DNA of 60,016 bases, filler included. It is 8 parts of 8 records of this genome, joined end to end, with 100 filler letters (N's around TTAATTAATTAA, not from the genome) between each part and the next. Parts side by side here need not be neighbours in the genome. Positions count along the whole stretch, not along the records: positions 26,759 to 33,654 come from SRR31156797_30268; positions 33,755 to 39,707 come from SRR31156797_30309; 6 more parts are not named here. One strand, given 5' to 3'. Within the stretch, counting starts at the first letter, position 1; each line of letters begins with the position of its first letter. The position numbers and the translations under genes are program-made. Below are positions 27,148 to 36,836 of this stretch, piece after piece. Under the pieces are notes generated by a model. It worked only from the letters and a program-made list of their open reading frames with translations. It was not told where the DNA came from and made no database searches.

Positions 27148-30100
27148 TTGACAGATTTAGTCCTTAAAAAAATCCACTGTCTATTTATTTTGATTTGTTT
27201 ATTTTCTATTTCATCCTGCATATCTTCATCAGACATAGACAGTATTGTTCACCATGTTAATGATATGAATCAAAAGATTCAATTGCTTTCAACGCCGCCA
27301 AGCCCTCTTCCGCCACCAACGCCTCGAAATGAACTGCCGTTTGAAACCACATTGCATTCCAAACTTAAAACTATCAATTATATCCGTTACAGCCCGGATG
27401 GAACATTGCTTCTCATTGGAGAGATGGCCAGCAATGGTTCCAGTATGTGGGATCTGTCAACGGGGTTAAGAATTCGAACTTTAAAACACGGCACACAAAA
27501 TGGTTGTTTCAGTCCTGATAATAGATATCTGGTCACAACGGACATGCACTCAGCCAAATTATGGGAATCGTCCACCGGAAAGGAGTTAAGGACGTTTGGC
27601 CTGGGTTATGCAAATGGGCTGCACAGTGAGATAACTTTTTCACCCGATGGCAAGTACCTCAGTATTAATCTGGGCGGTGACAGTCAGATGTGGGAGATTT
27701 CAACAGGCAGAAAAATTACAATGCAGGGAACGGTTTTTGATTTTAAAAATAAAACACATGATATTCCACCATATTTCAGCTCAAATGGAAAACGCGTTGT
27801 TGTTTACAACAACGGCTACAAACTGGTTGATGTAAATAAGGCAAATATTATCAGTGAATTAACGGGTGCTTCGCTTATAAGTGGATTCAGTTTTGACAGT
27901 AAGTATTGCCTGACACAAACGATGGGGGAGAAAACCTACATTGATCTGTGGAATGCTTCTACAGGCGTAAAAGCCAGTTCTTTCATGGCAAATTCAGGTT
28001 TTTCTCCTGTGATCGACCGCGTTGTTATCAGTCCGGATAACCAATATACAGCAGTTTTTAAATCCCAGGTTGTTAATGGAGAAGTCTTTTTCACCGTCAC
28101 CTTTTGGGATACTTTTAAAGGGATACAAATCAGTTCCATAGGTCCATTTAAAGGGTCTGTCACCGGCAGGAATTTCAGCCCCGATGGCAAATATATGGCG
28201 ATTAACTATAGCTCTTATAAAAAAGACGGCACCAATCCAATTCATACTGCCCAAATTTATGAAGTTTTAACTGCCGGGAAAATATATAACACCTCTCAAG
28301 CGGGCCATATCAGCACAAGCAATATCACCTTCAATCCCGATGGAAAATCTTATGCGGTGAGCGAGAAAGGGGGGATAAATATCTATGAAACATCAACCGG
28401 CAAGCCCATCATGGCATTTTCTTCCAAAACCTTTAAAGAAACAATGACAAAGGCAATCGCAGCAGGTTTCAGCCCTGACGGAAAATCAATTCTTACCTGG
28501 GGTGCCCATGGCACTAAAATATGGGATGTAACCGGGGCAGGCGATATCAAGATATTCAAAGATTCGTCCGGACCTTCAGATTTGAGCCCTGATGGGAAAT
28601 ATCTCCTTTGCGCATCGGACATGACCGTTGAATTAAAGGATATCGCCAATGGTATAAAAATACAAATATTTACAGGAAAAGGGCGTGTTAACTCCGCTGT
28701 TTTCAGCCCTGATGGTAAATATATCGCTACGGGAAGCGGTGTTCCAGAAGGGACAGGTGAAAGTCACGGCAAAAGCATCGATAACAGCGCCAGGATATGG
28801 GACGTAAAAACAGGAAAAGAAGTCAGGCACTTCAAACACCGAGAATGGATACAATCGGTCCGTTTCAGCCCTGACGGTAAATATCTGCTTGCGGGTAGCG
28901 GAATCATATTTACTGACAAAGACTTGTTTTCCACAACGACGCTATGGGATGTGCAAACAGGCAGAAAGGTCCGGACCGTTAAGGGGGGCGATCCTGTTTT
29001 CGATCCATATGGTAACTATTTTATAACCGTAACTAAGGATGGGTCGCTAATAGATGGAACTGAAAACAGCTACTTGCGTTTCTGGGATGTGGCAACTGGG
29101 AAAAACAGTAAAACCATGACTTTGCCAAAGTCAATCAGCTCAACGAGCCATATGGTTTCAGCCACCAGTATCAGCGATGATGGACAATATTTAGCTGTCG
29201 CTGCAGGATCTAACTGCTGGCTGTGGGGTATAAAGAGTGGGAATTTATTGAAAACCTATCAAGAGGACGAATTTGTAGTATCCATTGATTTTAGCCCTGA
29301 TGGTAAGCAGATGCTGACTGCCTGCAACAAAACTGTAAAGATACGGGATTTTTCCACCGGAAAAGAAAACATGTCTTTGATTTCAGTCGGAAAAAAAGAC
29401 TGGGTTGTAAAAACAGAAAATGGCTTTTTTGATGCCACTGAAGGGGCAAAAAAAGAGATCTATTTTGTAAAGGGCATGCAGATATACGAACTTGACCAAT
29501 TTTTTGAAGGTTTTTATCGCCCTAAGCTGTTGAGGCTGGTTAAAAATGACGTTGAGATGGAACTTCCAAAGATCAACATTTCCGAAAAAATCAAGAATTC
29601 ACCACCACCATCAGTGGAAATTATTTCGCCATCAAAGGAGGACACCTTTGACCGGAATGTAACCAAGGTCGATATTAAAATTACTGATAACGGCGGCGGC
29701 ATAGATGAAATAAAGCTTCTTCATAACGGAAAAAGGATTTCCGAGGATGCCCGCAACTTTAAGGTGACACAGAAAACAGAAGGCCGCGCGATCATAAAAT
29801 CATATCACGCAACACTCGTTAATGGAAAAAACACCTTTACTGCATCAGCGTACAGTACCGATCGGATTGAATCCAGGGGGGTCCAGGCCCAGGTGATGTT
29901 CCAGGGAATTGCCAGAACCGCAGCATCATATATTCTGGCAATAGGCATCAACAAATATCAAAATAATCGCTTAAACCTTAACTACGCCCGGCAGGATGCA
30001 GGGGCTTTTGTGAAACTTGTATCTGAAAAAAGCCGGAAACTTTTCAATAATGTCCATGTTACTTCCTTACATGACCGGGAGGCAACCCGCCAAAACATCA

Positions 30101-30675
30101 TGGACGCATTGGACGGGATTGCTAAGAAAGCAACTGCCGATGATGTGTTTACCTTTTATTTTGCCGGACACGGAAGTGTGGTGGACAATTCATTTTACTT
30201 TATTCCTTCAGACAATATTCGGCTTTATGAAAAAAAAAGACTAAACAAAGAAGCGATTTCTTCCAAAGCTTTGCAGGAAAAGTTTGCCGTGATCAAAGCG
30301 TTAAAGCAGCTGGTCATTATTGATGCCTGCCAATCCGGATCAGCCACACAGATGCTTGCCATGCGGGGTGCAGCCGAGGAAAAGGCCCTGGCGCAACTGG
30401 CAAGAAGTTCCGGGGTACATGTTCTGGCCGCCGCCGGGTCGGAACAGTTCGCAACAGAATTTGCCGAAATAGGGCACGGTGTCTTTACCTATGCTTTGCT
30501 CCAAGGCTTGCAAGGCGAGGCCGACGGTGCGCCTGAGGACGGTAAGGTTACTGTGTATGAACTCAAATCATTTATAGACGACCAGGTGCCCGAACTTACC
30601 GAAAAGCACAAAGGCGAAGCACAGTATCCAAATACATTTTCCAGAGGAAATGATTTCCCTCTGATTTTGAAATAG
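27148..30675 (+). CDS. Lipoprotein with WD40 beta-propellers, Ig-like domain and C-terminal caspase (peptidase C14)
   Basis: Lipobox ISSC; Pro-rich linker; more than 12 FSPDG..L/WD..TG repeats; LAIGINKY, FAGHG and IIDACQSG catalytic dyad. Confidence 0.92.
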   Translation: MTDLVLKKIHCLFILICLFSISSCISSSDIDSIVHHVNDMNQKIQLLSTPPSPLPPPTPRNELPFETTLHSKLKTINYIRYSPDGTLLLIGEMASNGSSMWDLSTGLRIRTLKHGTQNGCFSPDNRYLVTTDMHSAKLWESSTGKELRTFGLGYANGLHSEITFSPDGKYLSINLGGDSQMWEISTGRKITMQGTVFDFKNKTHDIPPYFSSNGKRVVVYNNGYKLVDVNKANIISELTGASLISGFSFDSKYCLTQTMGEKTYIDLWNASTGVKASSFMANSGFSPVIDRVVISPDNQYTAVFKSQVVNGEVFFTVTFWDTFKGIQISSIGPFKGSVTGRNFSPDGKYMAINYSSYKKDGTNPIHTAQIYEVLTAGKIYNTSQAGHISTSNITFNPDGKSYAVSEKGGINIYETSTGKPIMAFSSKTFKETMTKAIAAGFSPDGKSILTWGAHGTKIWDVTGAGDIKIFKDSSGPSDLSPDGKYLLCASDMTVELKDIANGIKIQIFTGKGRVNSAVFSPDGKYIATGSGVPEGTGESHGKSIDNSARIWDVKTGKEVRHFKHREWIQSVRFSPDGKYLLAGSGIIFTDKDLFSTTTLWDVQTGRKVRTVKGGDPVFDPYGNYFITVTKDGSLIDGTENSYLRFWDVATGKNSKTMTLPKSISSTSHMVSATSISDDGQYLAVAAGSNCWLWGIKSGNLLKTYQEDEFVVSIDFSPDGKQMLTACNKTVKIRDFSTGKENMSLISVGKKDWVVKTENGFFDATEGAKKEIYFVKGMQIYELDQFFEGFYRPKLLRLVKNDVEMELPKINISEKIKNSPPPSVEIISPSKEDTFDRNVTKVDIKITDNGGGIDEIKLLHNGKRISEDARNFKVTQKTEGRAIIKSYHATLVNGKNTFTASAYSTDRIESRGVQAQVMFQGIARTAASYILAIGINKYQNNRLNLNYARQDAGAFVKLVSEKSRKLFNNVHVTSLHDREATRQNIMDALDGIAKKATADDVFTFYFAGHGSVVDNSFYFIPSDNIRLYEKKRLNKEAISSKALQEKFAVIKALKQLVIIDACQSGSATQMLAMRGAAEEKALAQLARSSGVHVLAAAGSEQFATEFAEIGHGVFTYALLQGLQGEADGAPEDGKVTVYELKSFIDDQVPELTEKHKGEAQYPNTFSRGNDFPLILK

Positions 30676-31101
30676 GTCAATTTTGTTCGAGGCCGTTTCG
30701 ATTCTGCTCTGTACCGGTAGTTCAATTGATATTCGTGTTCGATAGTATCGGCGCTTCTGTGACCGTCGAAATCGAAAAAGGGATAAAGGTGCATACGCCG
30801 GTTTAATTTTTCTTGGAGTCCATGATCGCTGCTCACCAGCTTTGGCATCTATGGTGAGTGCCTGGGCAGCCTATCTCCATTATAAGCACAGCACGAAAGT
30901 GTTGGCCCGGGTCAAATGGTTTACCGAAGAAAGGGGCCGTAATCATTTATGCGTACGGCAAGGCGTCTCGAATATATAAAGGGGCTGAAGAAATCGGCTA
31001 AATCAGTGCTCTACTCTACCTCGAATTCCAAAATATATAAAAGCCTTGGGGTAACCCAGTCTTCCAGATTGAGTGCGTTTTGCGGTATTGTCAAATTGGC
31101 A

Positions 31102-32472
31102 TTAAGTGCTGGTATGGGGCGGTACAGCATTTTTTGCCTGCCGCCTATTTTCCCTGGCCTGTTCAATCGTAAGGTCAATATGAAAGAGTTGGTAAAAAAT
31201 AATGGCCAGCAGGGTGGTGGCGGTCAGGGGGGTGGCGAACATGGGTGAGATGAACTCCGGAAGTTGAGCAAATGGGCCCGGCACAAGGCTTGATGATAAT
31301 CCAAATATGGTGGCCAGTCCGGTGGCGAAAATTTTGCGGCTGTCCATTTTAACCGACATAATTTCTTGGATTCCCGCGATTACCATAAAGCTTACGGCAA
31401 AGATCAGCGCTGCGCCTATAATCGGGGGCGGCATCAGGGATATGACTGCGGCCACCACTGGGAAACAGCCCAGAATCACAAACAAAATGCCGACGCCCAC
31501 GCCAATCCACCGGCTTACCGCTTTTGTGGCTGCGGCCAACCCCACGTTGCTGGCCGACGTATCCACGGCAATGGCACCGATAAGGCCGGACAGGGCAGTG
31601 CTGATGCCGTCGGCAGTCAACCCGCCGACAATGGGCTTCATTTCGATTTGGTGCAGGCCGGGCTGGGTGATCTTCTGGGCGGCTAACAGGTTCCCAAATG
31701 TTTTCAGGGAGCCGCAGATGGATATGATGAAAAAAGGCAGTGCCAATTCAGCATCAAAGGAGAGCCGGAACTGGGAAAAGTCGTTAAAGGGAAAGGAAAA
31801 CACCTCGGCCTGGCCGATGTTCCTTATCAGTTCCGGGTTAAGGGGGCAAATATAGAGGTACAGTACCCAACCGGCAAAAATACCCAGTAGCAGGCAATAG
31901 AGTTTGGCCGCTTTTTTGCCCCACAGGTTGAAGCCTACAATGGCCAGCAGCGTAAAACACCCGACTGCCACATCCTGCCACAGTATAGAGTCTCCAGCCA
32001 GGGGGGCGCCGCAGAAATCGGCAAATGACATAGGCACGATGCTGATACCTACCATTAATACCGTTAGACCCACCACCAGGGGTGGGAACAGGAATCGAAG
32101 GTGGTTGATTACTCTGGCCAGCACCACCTCCGTTAGGCCGCAAAATACGATCATGCCCTGCATCAGGGGCAATCCGCCGATCATGGCGGCGTTCATGGAA
32201 ACAGCCAAATATGACGGGCCGCCCACATTGGGACAAAGATAACCTGATCCCACCCATCCGGATCGCATGGCCTGGAGAATGGTACCGCAACCCGAGGCGA
32301 TCATGGTCATGCTGACCATCCTGACCGCTGTCTGGTGTTCGCCGCCAATAGCGGCTACCAGCATAACCGGAAAAAGTGTTCCCAGAAACATCAGCATACC
32401 CTGCTGCACACTCAGCATCAAAAGTTGAAAAGGTGGGGGGACATCTTCCTGGGCGTATATGAAATCAGGCAT
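31102..32472 (-). CDS. NCS2 family nucleobase (xanthine/uracil) permease
   Basis: Highly hydrophobic; SGCGTILQ..GSGYLCP, FPPLVVG, SASNVGL...T...SR signature region. Confidence 0.88.
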   Translation of the reverse strand: MPDFIYAQEDVPPPFQLLMLSVQQGMLMFLGTLFPVMLVAAIGGEHQTAVRMVSMTMIASGCGTILQAMRSGWVGSGYLCPNVGGPSYLAVSMNAAMIGGLPLMQGMIVFCGLTEVVLARVINHLRFLFPPLVVGLTVLMVGISIVPMSFADFCGAPLAGDSILWQDVAVGCFTLLAIVGFNLWGKKAAKLYCLLLGIFAGWVLYLYICPLNPELIRNIGQAEVFSFPFNDFSQFRLSFDAELALPFFIISICGSLKTFGNLLAAQKITQPGLHQIEMKPIVGGLTADGISTALSGLIGAIAVDTSASNVGLAAATKAVSRWIGVGVGILFVILGCFPVVAAVISLMPPPIIGAALIFAVSFMVIAGIQEIMSVKMDSRKIFATGLATIFGLSSSLVPGPFAQLPEFISPMFATPLTATTLLAIIFYQLFHIDLTIEQARENRRQAKNAVPPHTST

Positions 32473-32482
32473 GGTTTCTCCG

Positions 32483-33439
32483 TTATTGCTGCCAAATGTT
32501 TTCCGGGGTGTTCATGGCCATCCCCACCACGACCAACTTTCCGTCCATCAGGGTTTTTTTAGCGTAAATCATTTTTTTACGCAGATTCATTGATTGCGGC
32601 ATGACGGTATACAATGGGGCTATTGCAGAATCAGCCTGCTTCATCTTTTTGAAAAGTAGTTGAAAGGGATAGCGGCCGGAGGCATCTTGATATTGTTTCA
32701 TATCCCGATTTCTAAAGCGTTTGAATACCGGATCAATAATGGACACCCCTTCTTCATTCAGCACAAACACGCTGGTGTCTAGAAAATTATAATTGTTTTC
32801 TGGCGCTACAATCATGACCAGGGCCGGTTCTCCTTTTTGTGCCAGCAGTTTTGCTGCGGAATTGACGGCTATACGTGCAAACTGGGTTTCGTATACCGTG
32901 TTATTCACTCCGCCGCCGATATAACAAATTGTTTTGTCGGGCATGGTGACCCGTCTGTGACATGAACTTTTCCACTGGGCCAGTATCTGCTGGGGGCGGG
33001 TCCACAGGTAATGAATCCAACAATAGGGGTTGTCCGGGTTTGACAGTTCGCTTTTAATCAGTCCATGGATATTCTTTCCCTGGACATCGTAAAAGTTGGT
33101 TCCCGTTTTAGCAACCAACTCAGGGCTGCCGCCATGATAGAGGCAGTGGCTGTCACTGGCTCTGTAAACATAAAGGTAAAAATCCCTGTTTCTAAAATCA
33201 CGGGTGTTAAAAATCGCAAACGCTTTTTCCCCCTGGCGCTCTAAAAGTCGGGCGCCTTTTTCCACACCTGTCAGAAGCCGTCTTGTGGCCCGGACATTGT
33301 ATTCAGGGTAGGCGAATCCGGCAGACTGTATCAGCTCGTGTACCCGGTATACGGCCAATATGGTCAACAAAATGATAAGACCGGTGAGCAGCGTTCTTCT
33401 GACGGCCATTTCTTTGTTGCTGATTGCGATGTTGTTCAT
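32483..33439 (-). CDS. Stand-alone Cache-domain protein (two Cache modules, one N-terminal TM)
   Basis: YLYVY....LYHG, DVQGK, WIHYLW.RP, and a second module with VFVL...G, DASGRY; no cytoplasmic output domain; start uncertain. Confidence 0.75.
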   Translation of the reverse strand: MNNIAISNKEMAVRRTLLTGLIILLTILAVYRVHELIQSAGFAYPEYNVRATRRLLTGVEKGARLLERQGEKAFAIFNTRDFRNRDFYLYVYRASDSHCLYHGGSPELVAKTGTNFYDVQGKNIHGLIKSELSNPDNPYCWIHYLWTRPQQILAQWKSSCHRRVTMPDKTICYIGGGVNNTVYETQFARIAVNSAAKLLAQKGEPALVMIVAPENNYNFLDTSVFVLNEEGVSIIDPVFKRFRNRDMKQYQDASGRYPFQLLFKKMKQADSAIAPLYTVMPQSMNLRKKMIYAKKTLMDGKLVVVGMAMNTPENIWQQ

Positions 33440-33654
33440 TTTTCTCGTTTTTAAAGTAACATAATTTTCCGGAGTGGCAACGGGTGTTTTTTTATCTTTT
33501 TCAGTTATAAATATCAAGGCTATGTTATTTTAGGTGCTCGTGAGTCGTAAGCTTTTTAAAGAGGAATGGCAGATAAAATTTGTCGCGTTCCCAGTGAACA
33601 TCTCGGGACAAAGTGTCCCTTTTCTCCGAGACAATGTATTTTCCACCCTTCGCC

Positions 33655-33754
33655 NNNNNNNNNNNNNNNNNNNNNNNNNNNNNNNNNNNNNNNNNNNNTT
33701 AATTAATTAANNNNNNNNNNNNNNNNNNNNNNNNNNNNNNNNNNNNNNNNNNNN
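33655..33754. other. Artificial contig linker
   Basis: N44-TTAATTAATTAA-N44. Confidence 0.99.
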
Positions 33755-34595
33755 CCCGGTTGGTGGCGGCAATGACCCTGAAGTCGCTGGTGATCTCATG
33801 TTTGCTGCCCACGGGCCTGAATTTTCGCTCCTGGAGGACCCGCAGGAACGCCTTCTGGAGGTTGAGGTTCATCTCCCCCACCTCGTCCAGGAACAAGGTG
33901 CCCCCGTCGGCAAGGCCGACAAGTCCCCGGGTGGATCGGTCCGCACCGGTGAAGGAGCCCTTTTCGTGGCCGAACAGGGAACTCTCCACCAGGGATTCCG
34001 GCAGGGCCGCGCAGTCGACCACCACGAACCGCTTGGCCGCCCTGGGACTGTTGGCGTGGATGGCCCGTGCGAACAGCTCTTTGCCCGTGCCTGTTTCCCC
34101 TGTGATCAGAACGTTGGTGTTGATCTTGGCGGCCTTGGCGATTGTGTCCAGGCAGTCTTTTATCCGGGGGCTGGACCCGATGATCTCTTTTCGCTTGAGG
34201 GGGGCCGCCTGCCGGGAGATGGAGCGGATGCCGTCCCGGTACTTGAGGATCCGGTTCAGGGGCTGGAGAATGGCTTTCGGGGAGAGGGGCTTCTGGATGT
34301 AGTCCCAGGCGCCGTTCCGGATGGCCTGGCCGGCCCCTTTGGAATCCCCCTGGCCCGTGATCACGATGATTTCCGGCGGGAACTCGATGGCAAGGATGGA
34401 GCCGATGATGTCAAGTCCGCTTCCGTCGGGCATTTTGACATCCAGGAACACCACGTCAAATTCCCCGGACACTGCCTTTGAGAGCCCTTTCTCCAGTGTC
34501 TGGGCATGGTCGGCCGTGTGCTCGAGACAGGAGATCAGATCCGTGAGCATGGCGCACACTTCCCTGTCGTCATCAATTATCAATACCTTTGCCAT
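33755..34595 (-). CDS. Sigma54-dependent response regulator (NtrC family), 3' truncated
   Basis: REC domain; GETGTGKE, ESSLFGHEKGSFTGA, GGTLFLDEVGE, RVIAATN. Confidence 0.95.
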
Positions 34596-34652
34596 TCAAT
34601 TCTCCCGGTTCTTTCTGTTAAAACTGACTTGACGATTTTTCAACGCCCTGGT

Positions 34653-36836
34653 TTACACTATTTGTCCCACAAGATCAACCAGCCGGCGGGCGCCCAGGGG
34701 CTTTTTCACGAAGGCGCGAATCCCCGCGGCCAGGGCCTGCTTTTTCAGGTCCGGCATGCTGAAACCGGTGCACAGGACAATGGGGAGATCCGGGCGTTCT
34801 TCGAGAAATTCCAATGCCAGGTCAAATCCCGTGATGTTGGGCATGGTCTGGTCGGTGACCACCAGGTCGAACCCCATGGGGTCCTTGAAAAACAGCTCCC
34901 GGGCATGGACACTGCTGGTGGTGCCCACCACCTCGTAGCCGGTGTGATCCAGGATCTCCGTACTGAAGCTTACCAGTTCCTCTTCGTCGTCGATGAAAAG
35001 AATCCTGCCCTTGCCGGCAGGGGCCATGGCAGGGGGGGCATTTTTTTGTTCATCCGCTGTCCCCCGGTCGAATCCGGGAAGGCTCACCTTGAAGCTGGTG
35101 CCATTGCCGGGCTCGCTTCTGACCGTAATGGTGCCGTTAAGTTCTTCCACAATGCCGTGTACCACGGAGAGCCCCATGCCGGTGCCGTCGCCGGTGCCTT
35201 TGGTGGTGAAAAAGGGGTCGAAGATCCGCTCCTGGATGGCAGGGTCGATGCCCTCGCCCGTGTCCGATACGGTAAGGGTCACCACATGGTCCGAATTGGG
35301 GGCCGAATCCTTTGCCTGCGGCTCTTCGACAAGGGTCACGGTCAGGGTGCCCCCGGTCGCCTTCATGGCGTCCGCGGCGTTGCTGCAAAGGTTCATCAGG
35401 ATCTGGTGGATGGCGGTTTCGTTGGCCCACACCGTACAGGGGCGCTCGGAAATGGTCTCCTTGATTTCAATGGTGGAGGGGATGGAGGCCCGCAGGAATT
35501 TCAGTCCGTCCTTGATGGGGGGACCGAGGTCGAGGGGGCATTGCTTCTGATCCGAATGGCGGCTGAAGGTCAGGATCTGCTGGATAAGGTCACGTGCCCG
35601 GTGGGTGCCTTTCAGTACATGGGCGATTCTTGATTGGAGGGTGGGGTTGTCCTTTGCGTCAAACATCTCGATCATCTCGGCATAGCCCAGGATGCCGCTG
35701 ATGATGTTGTTGAAGTCGTGGGCGATCCCTCCGGCAAAGGTGCCGATGGCCTCCATCTTCTGGCTTTGCTGGAGCTTTGATTCCAGGAGTTTCCGCTCGG
35801 TGATGTTCCGGGCGATGCCGGTGGTCCCCAGGGGGCGGCTGTTCAGGTCCAGCTGCACGGAGATGCTCAGCTCGATGGGGATGTTTTCTCCGTTGTGTTT
35901 GATCAGATCCAGTTCGCAGAGGACCGGATTGCCCGGTGTCGGCGGTTGCCCGGAACAGGTGAGATCCATGGCGGGTGAGCCCTTGGAAAAGAGTATGGAA
36001 AAGGGCTTGCCAATGAAATCGTTGGCATCAAAACCGGTCCACTGGCGAAAGTTCTTGTTGATGAACACAAGATCGCCCCTGGTGTCCGTCTTGAAGATGA
36101 TATCCGACGAACTCTCCACCAGGTTGCGGTATTTGATTTCGCTCTCCCGTATCTTCTCCTCCCTCAGCTGAACCTGTCGCACCATGGTGTTGAACTCCTC
36201 GGAGATGCGGGTCAGTTCGTTGTTCTTTTCAAGGGGCGCCCTTCTTGAGTAGTCCCCGGCCGAAATCCGGTGGAAGTTTTTCTCCATGATCTTAAGGGGG
36301 GAGAGGATCTGGCGGGTCATCAGCATCCAGGTGATGACCAGCACGGCAGAGAGGATGGTCAGCATGATGACGGTGTTGGAGAGCATCATTTTCCGGGTCA
36401 GGGCGCGGATTTCCCCATTGGTGAACTCCATGACCAGGCGGCCCACCTCCCTGTCTTTCAGTTTGATGGCGCGTTCCAGGCTCCAGGTGATGTCCCGGCC
36501 CGGCTGGGAGCGCTCCGGGTGGGTGATGGCCGCAAGGGGCCTGTCCCGTTCGTCATAGATGGAAACATGGACCAGGCTCATGTCGGTGGCCAGTATCTCC
36601 GCATAGATGTTTACAAAGCTGACGTCATAGAGCCACAGGGGTTGTTTCAGGGTTTCCACGGCCTTGGCCGCCTTTGTCTCCGAACTTTTTTCGAGGGCTG
36701 CCATGTTTTTTGAATAGACAAAGAAGTAGTTGATGAACAGGGTGATGGCCAGGGCGACCACGGTGGTCAGGCAGAGGGCCAGGATGAAATCGGTTCTAAG
36801 GGATCTGCCCTTGGTCATGTTTCGGTGCTGTGACAT
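34653..36836 (-). CDS. Hybrid sensor histidine kinase (TM-HAMP-PAS-HisKA-HATPase-REC)
   Basis: QKMEAIGTFAGGIAHDFNN, NLCSNA.DAM, FDPFFTTK..G.GTGMGL, C-terminal REC; ATG 36836 overlaps the SBP stop (TGATG). Confidence 0.95.
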   Translation of the reverse strand: MSQHRNMTKGRSLRTDFILALCLTTVVALAITLFINYFFVYSKNMAALEKSSETKAAKAVETLKQPLWLYDVSFVNIYAEILATDMSLVHVSIYDERDRPLAAITHPERSQPGRDITWSLERAIKLKDREVGRLVMEFTNGEIRALTRKMMLSNTVIMLTILSAVLVITWMLMTRQILSPLKIMEKNFHRISAGDYSRRAPLEKNNELTRISEEFNTMVRQVQLREEKIRESEIKYRNLVESSSDIIFKTDTRGDLVFINKNFRQWTGFDANDFIGKPFSILFSKGSPAMDLTCSGQPPTPGNPVLCELDLIKHNGENIPIELSISVQLDLNSRPLGTTGIARNITERKLLESKLQQSQKMEAIGTFAGGIAHDFNNIISGILGYAEMIEMFDAKDNPTLQSRIAHVLKGTHRARDLIQQILTFSRHSDQKQCPLDLGPPIKDGLKFLRASIPSTIEIKETISERPCTVWANETAIHQILMNLCSNAADAMKATGGTLTVTLVEEPQAKDSAPNSDHVVTLTVSDTGEGIDPAIQERIFDPFFTTKGTGDGTGMGLSVVHGIVEELNGTITVRSEPGNGTSFKVSLPGFDRGTADEQKNAPPAMAPAGKGRILFIDDEEELVSFSTEILDHTGYEVVGTTSSVHARELFFKDPMGFDLVVTDQTMPNITGFDLALEFLEERPDLPIVLCTGFSMPDLKKQALAAGIRAFVKKPLGARRLVDLVGQIV

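Noticed and set aside
10302-30675. Functional link between the CsgG-like protein and the WD40-caspase
   Set aside because: They lie on different contigs from apparently different phyla; the proximity is an artefact of concatenation.
30489-31100. Short ORFs (119 aa minus, 99 aa plus) and a possible closing attC after the caspase gene
   Set aside because: The ORFs overlap real genes and show no recognisable family; no RYYYAAC...GTTRRRY hairpin was found after 30675.
34506-35633. 375-aa + strand ORF over the hybrid kinase
   Set aside because: Antisense shadow with no domain signal.
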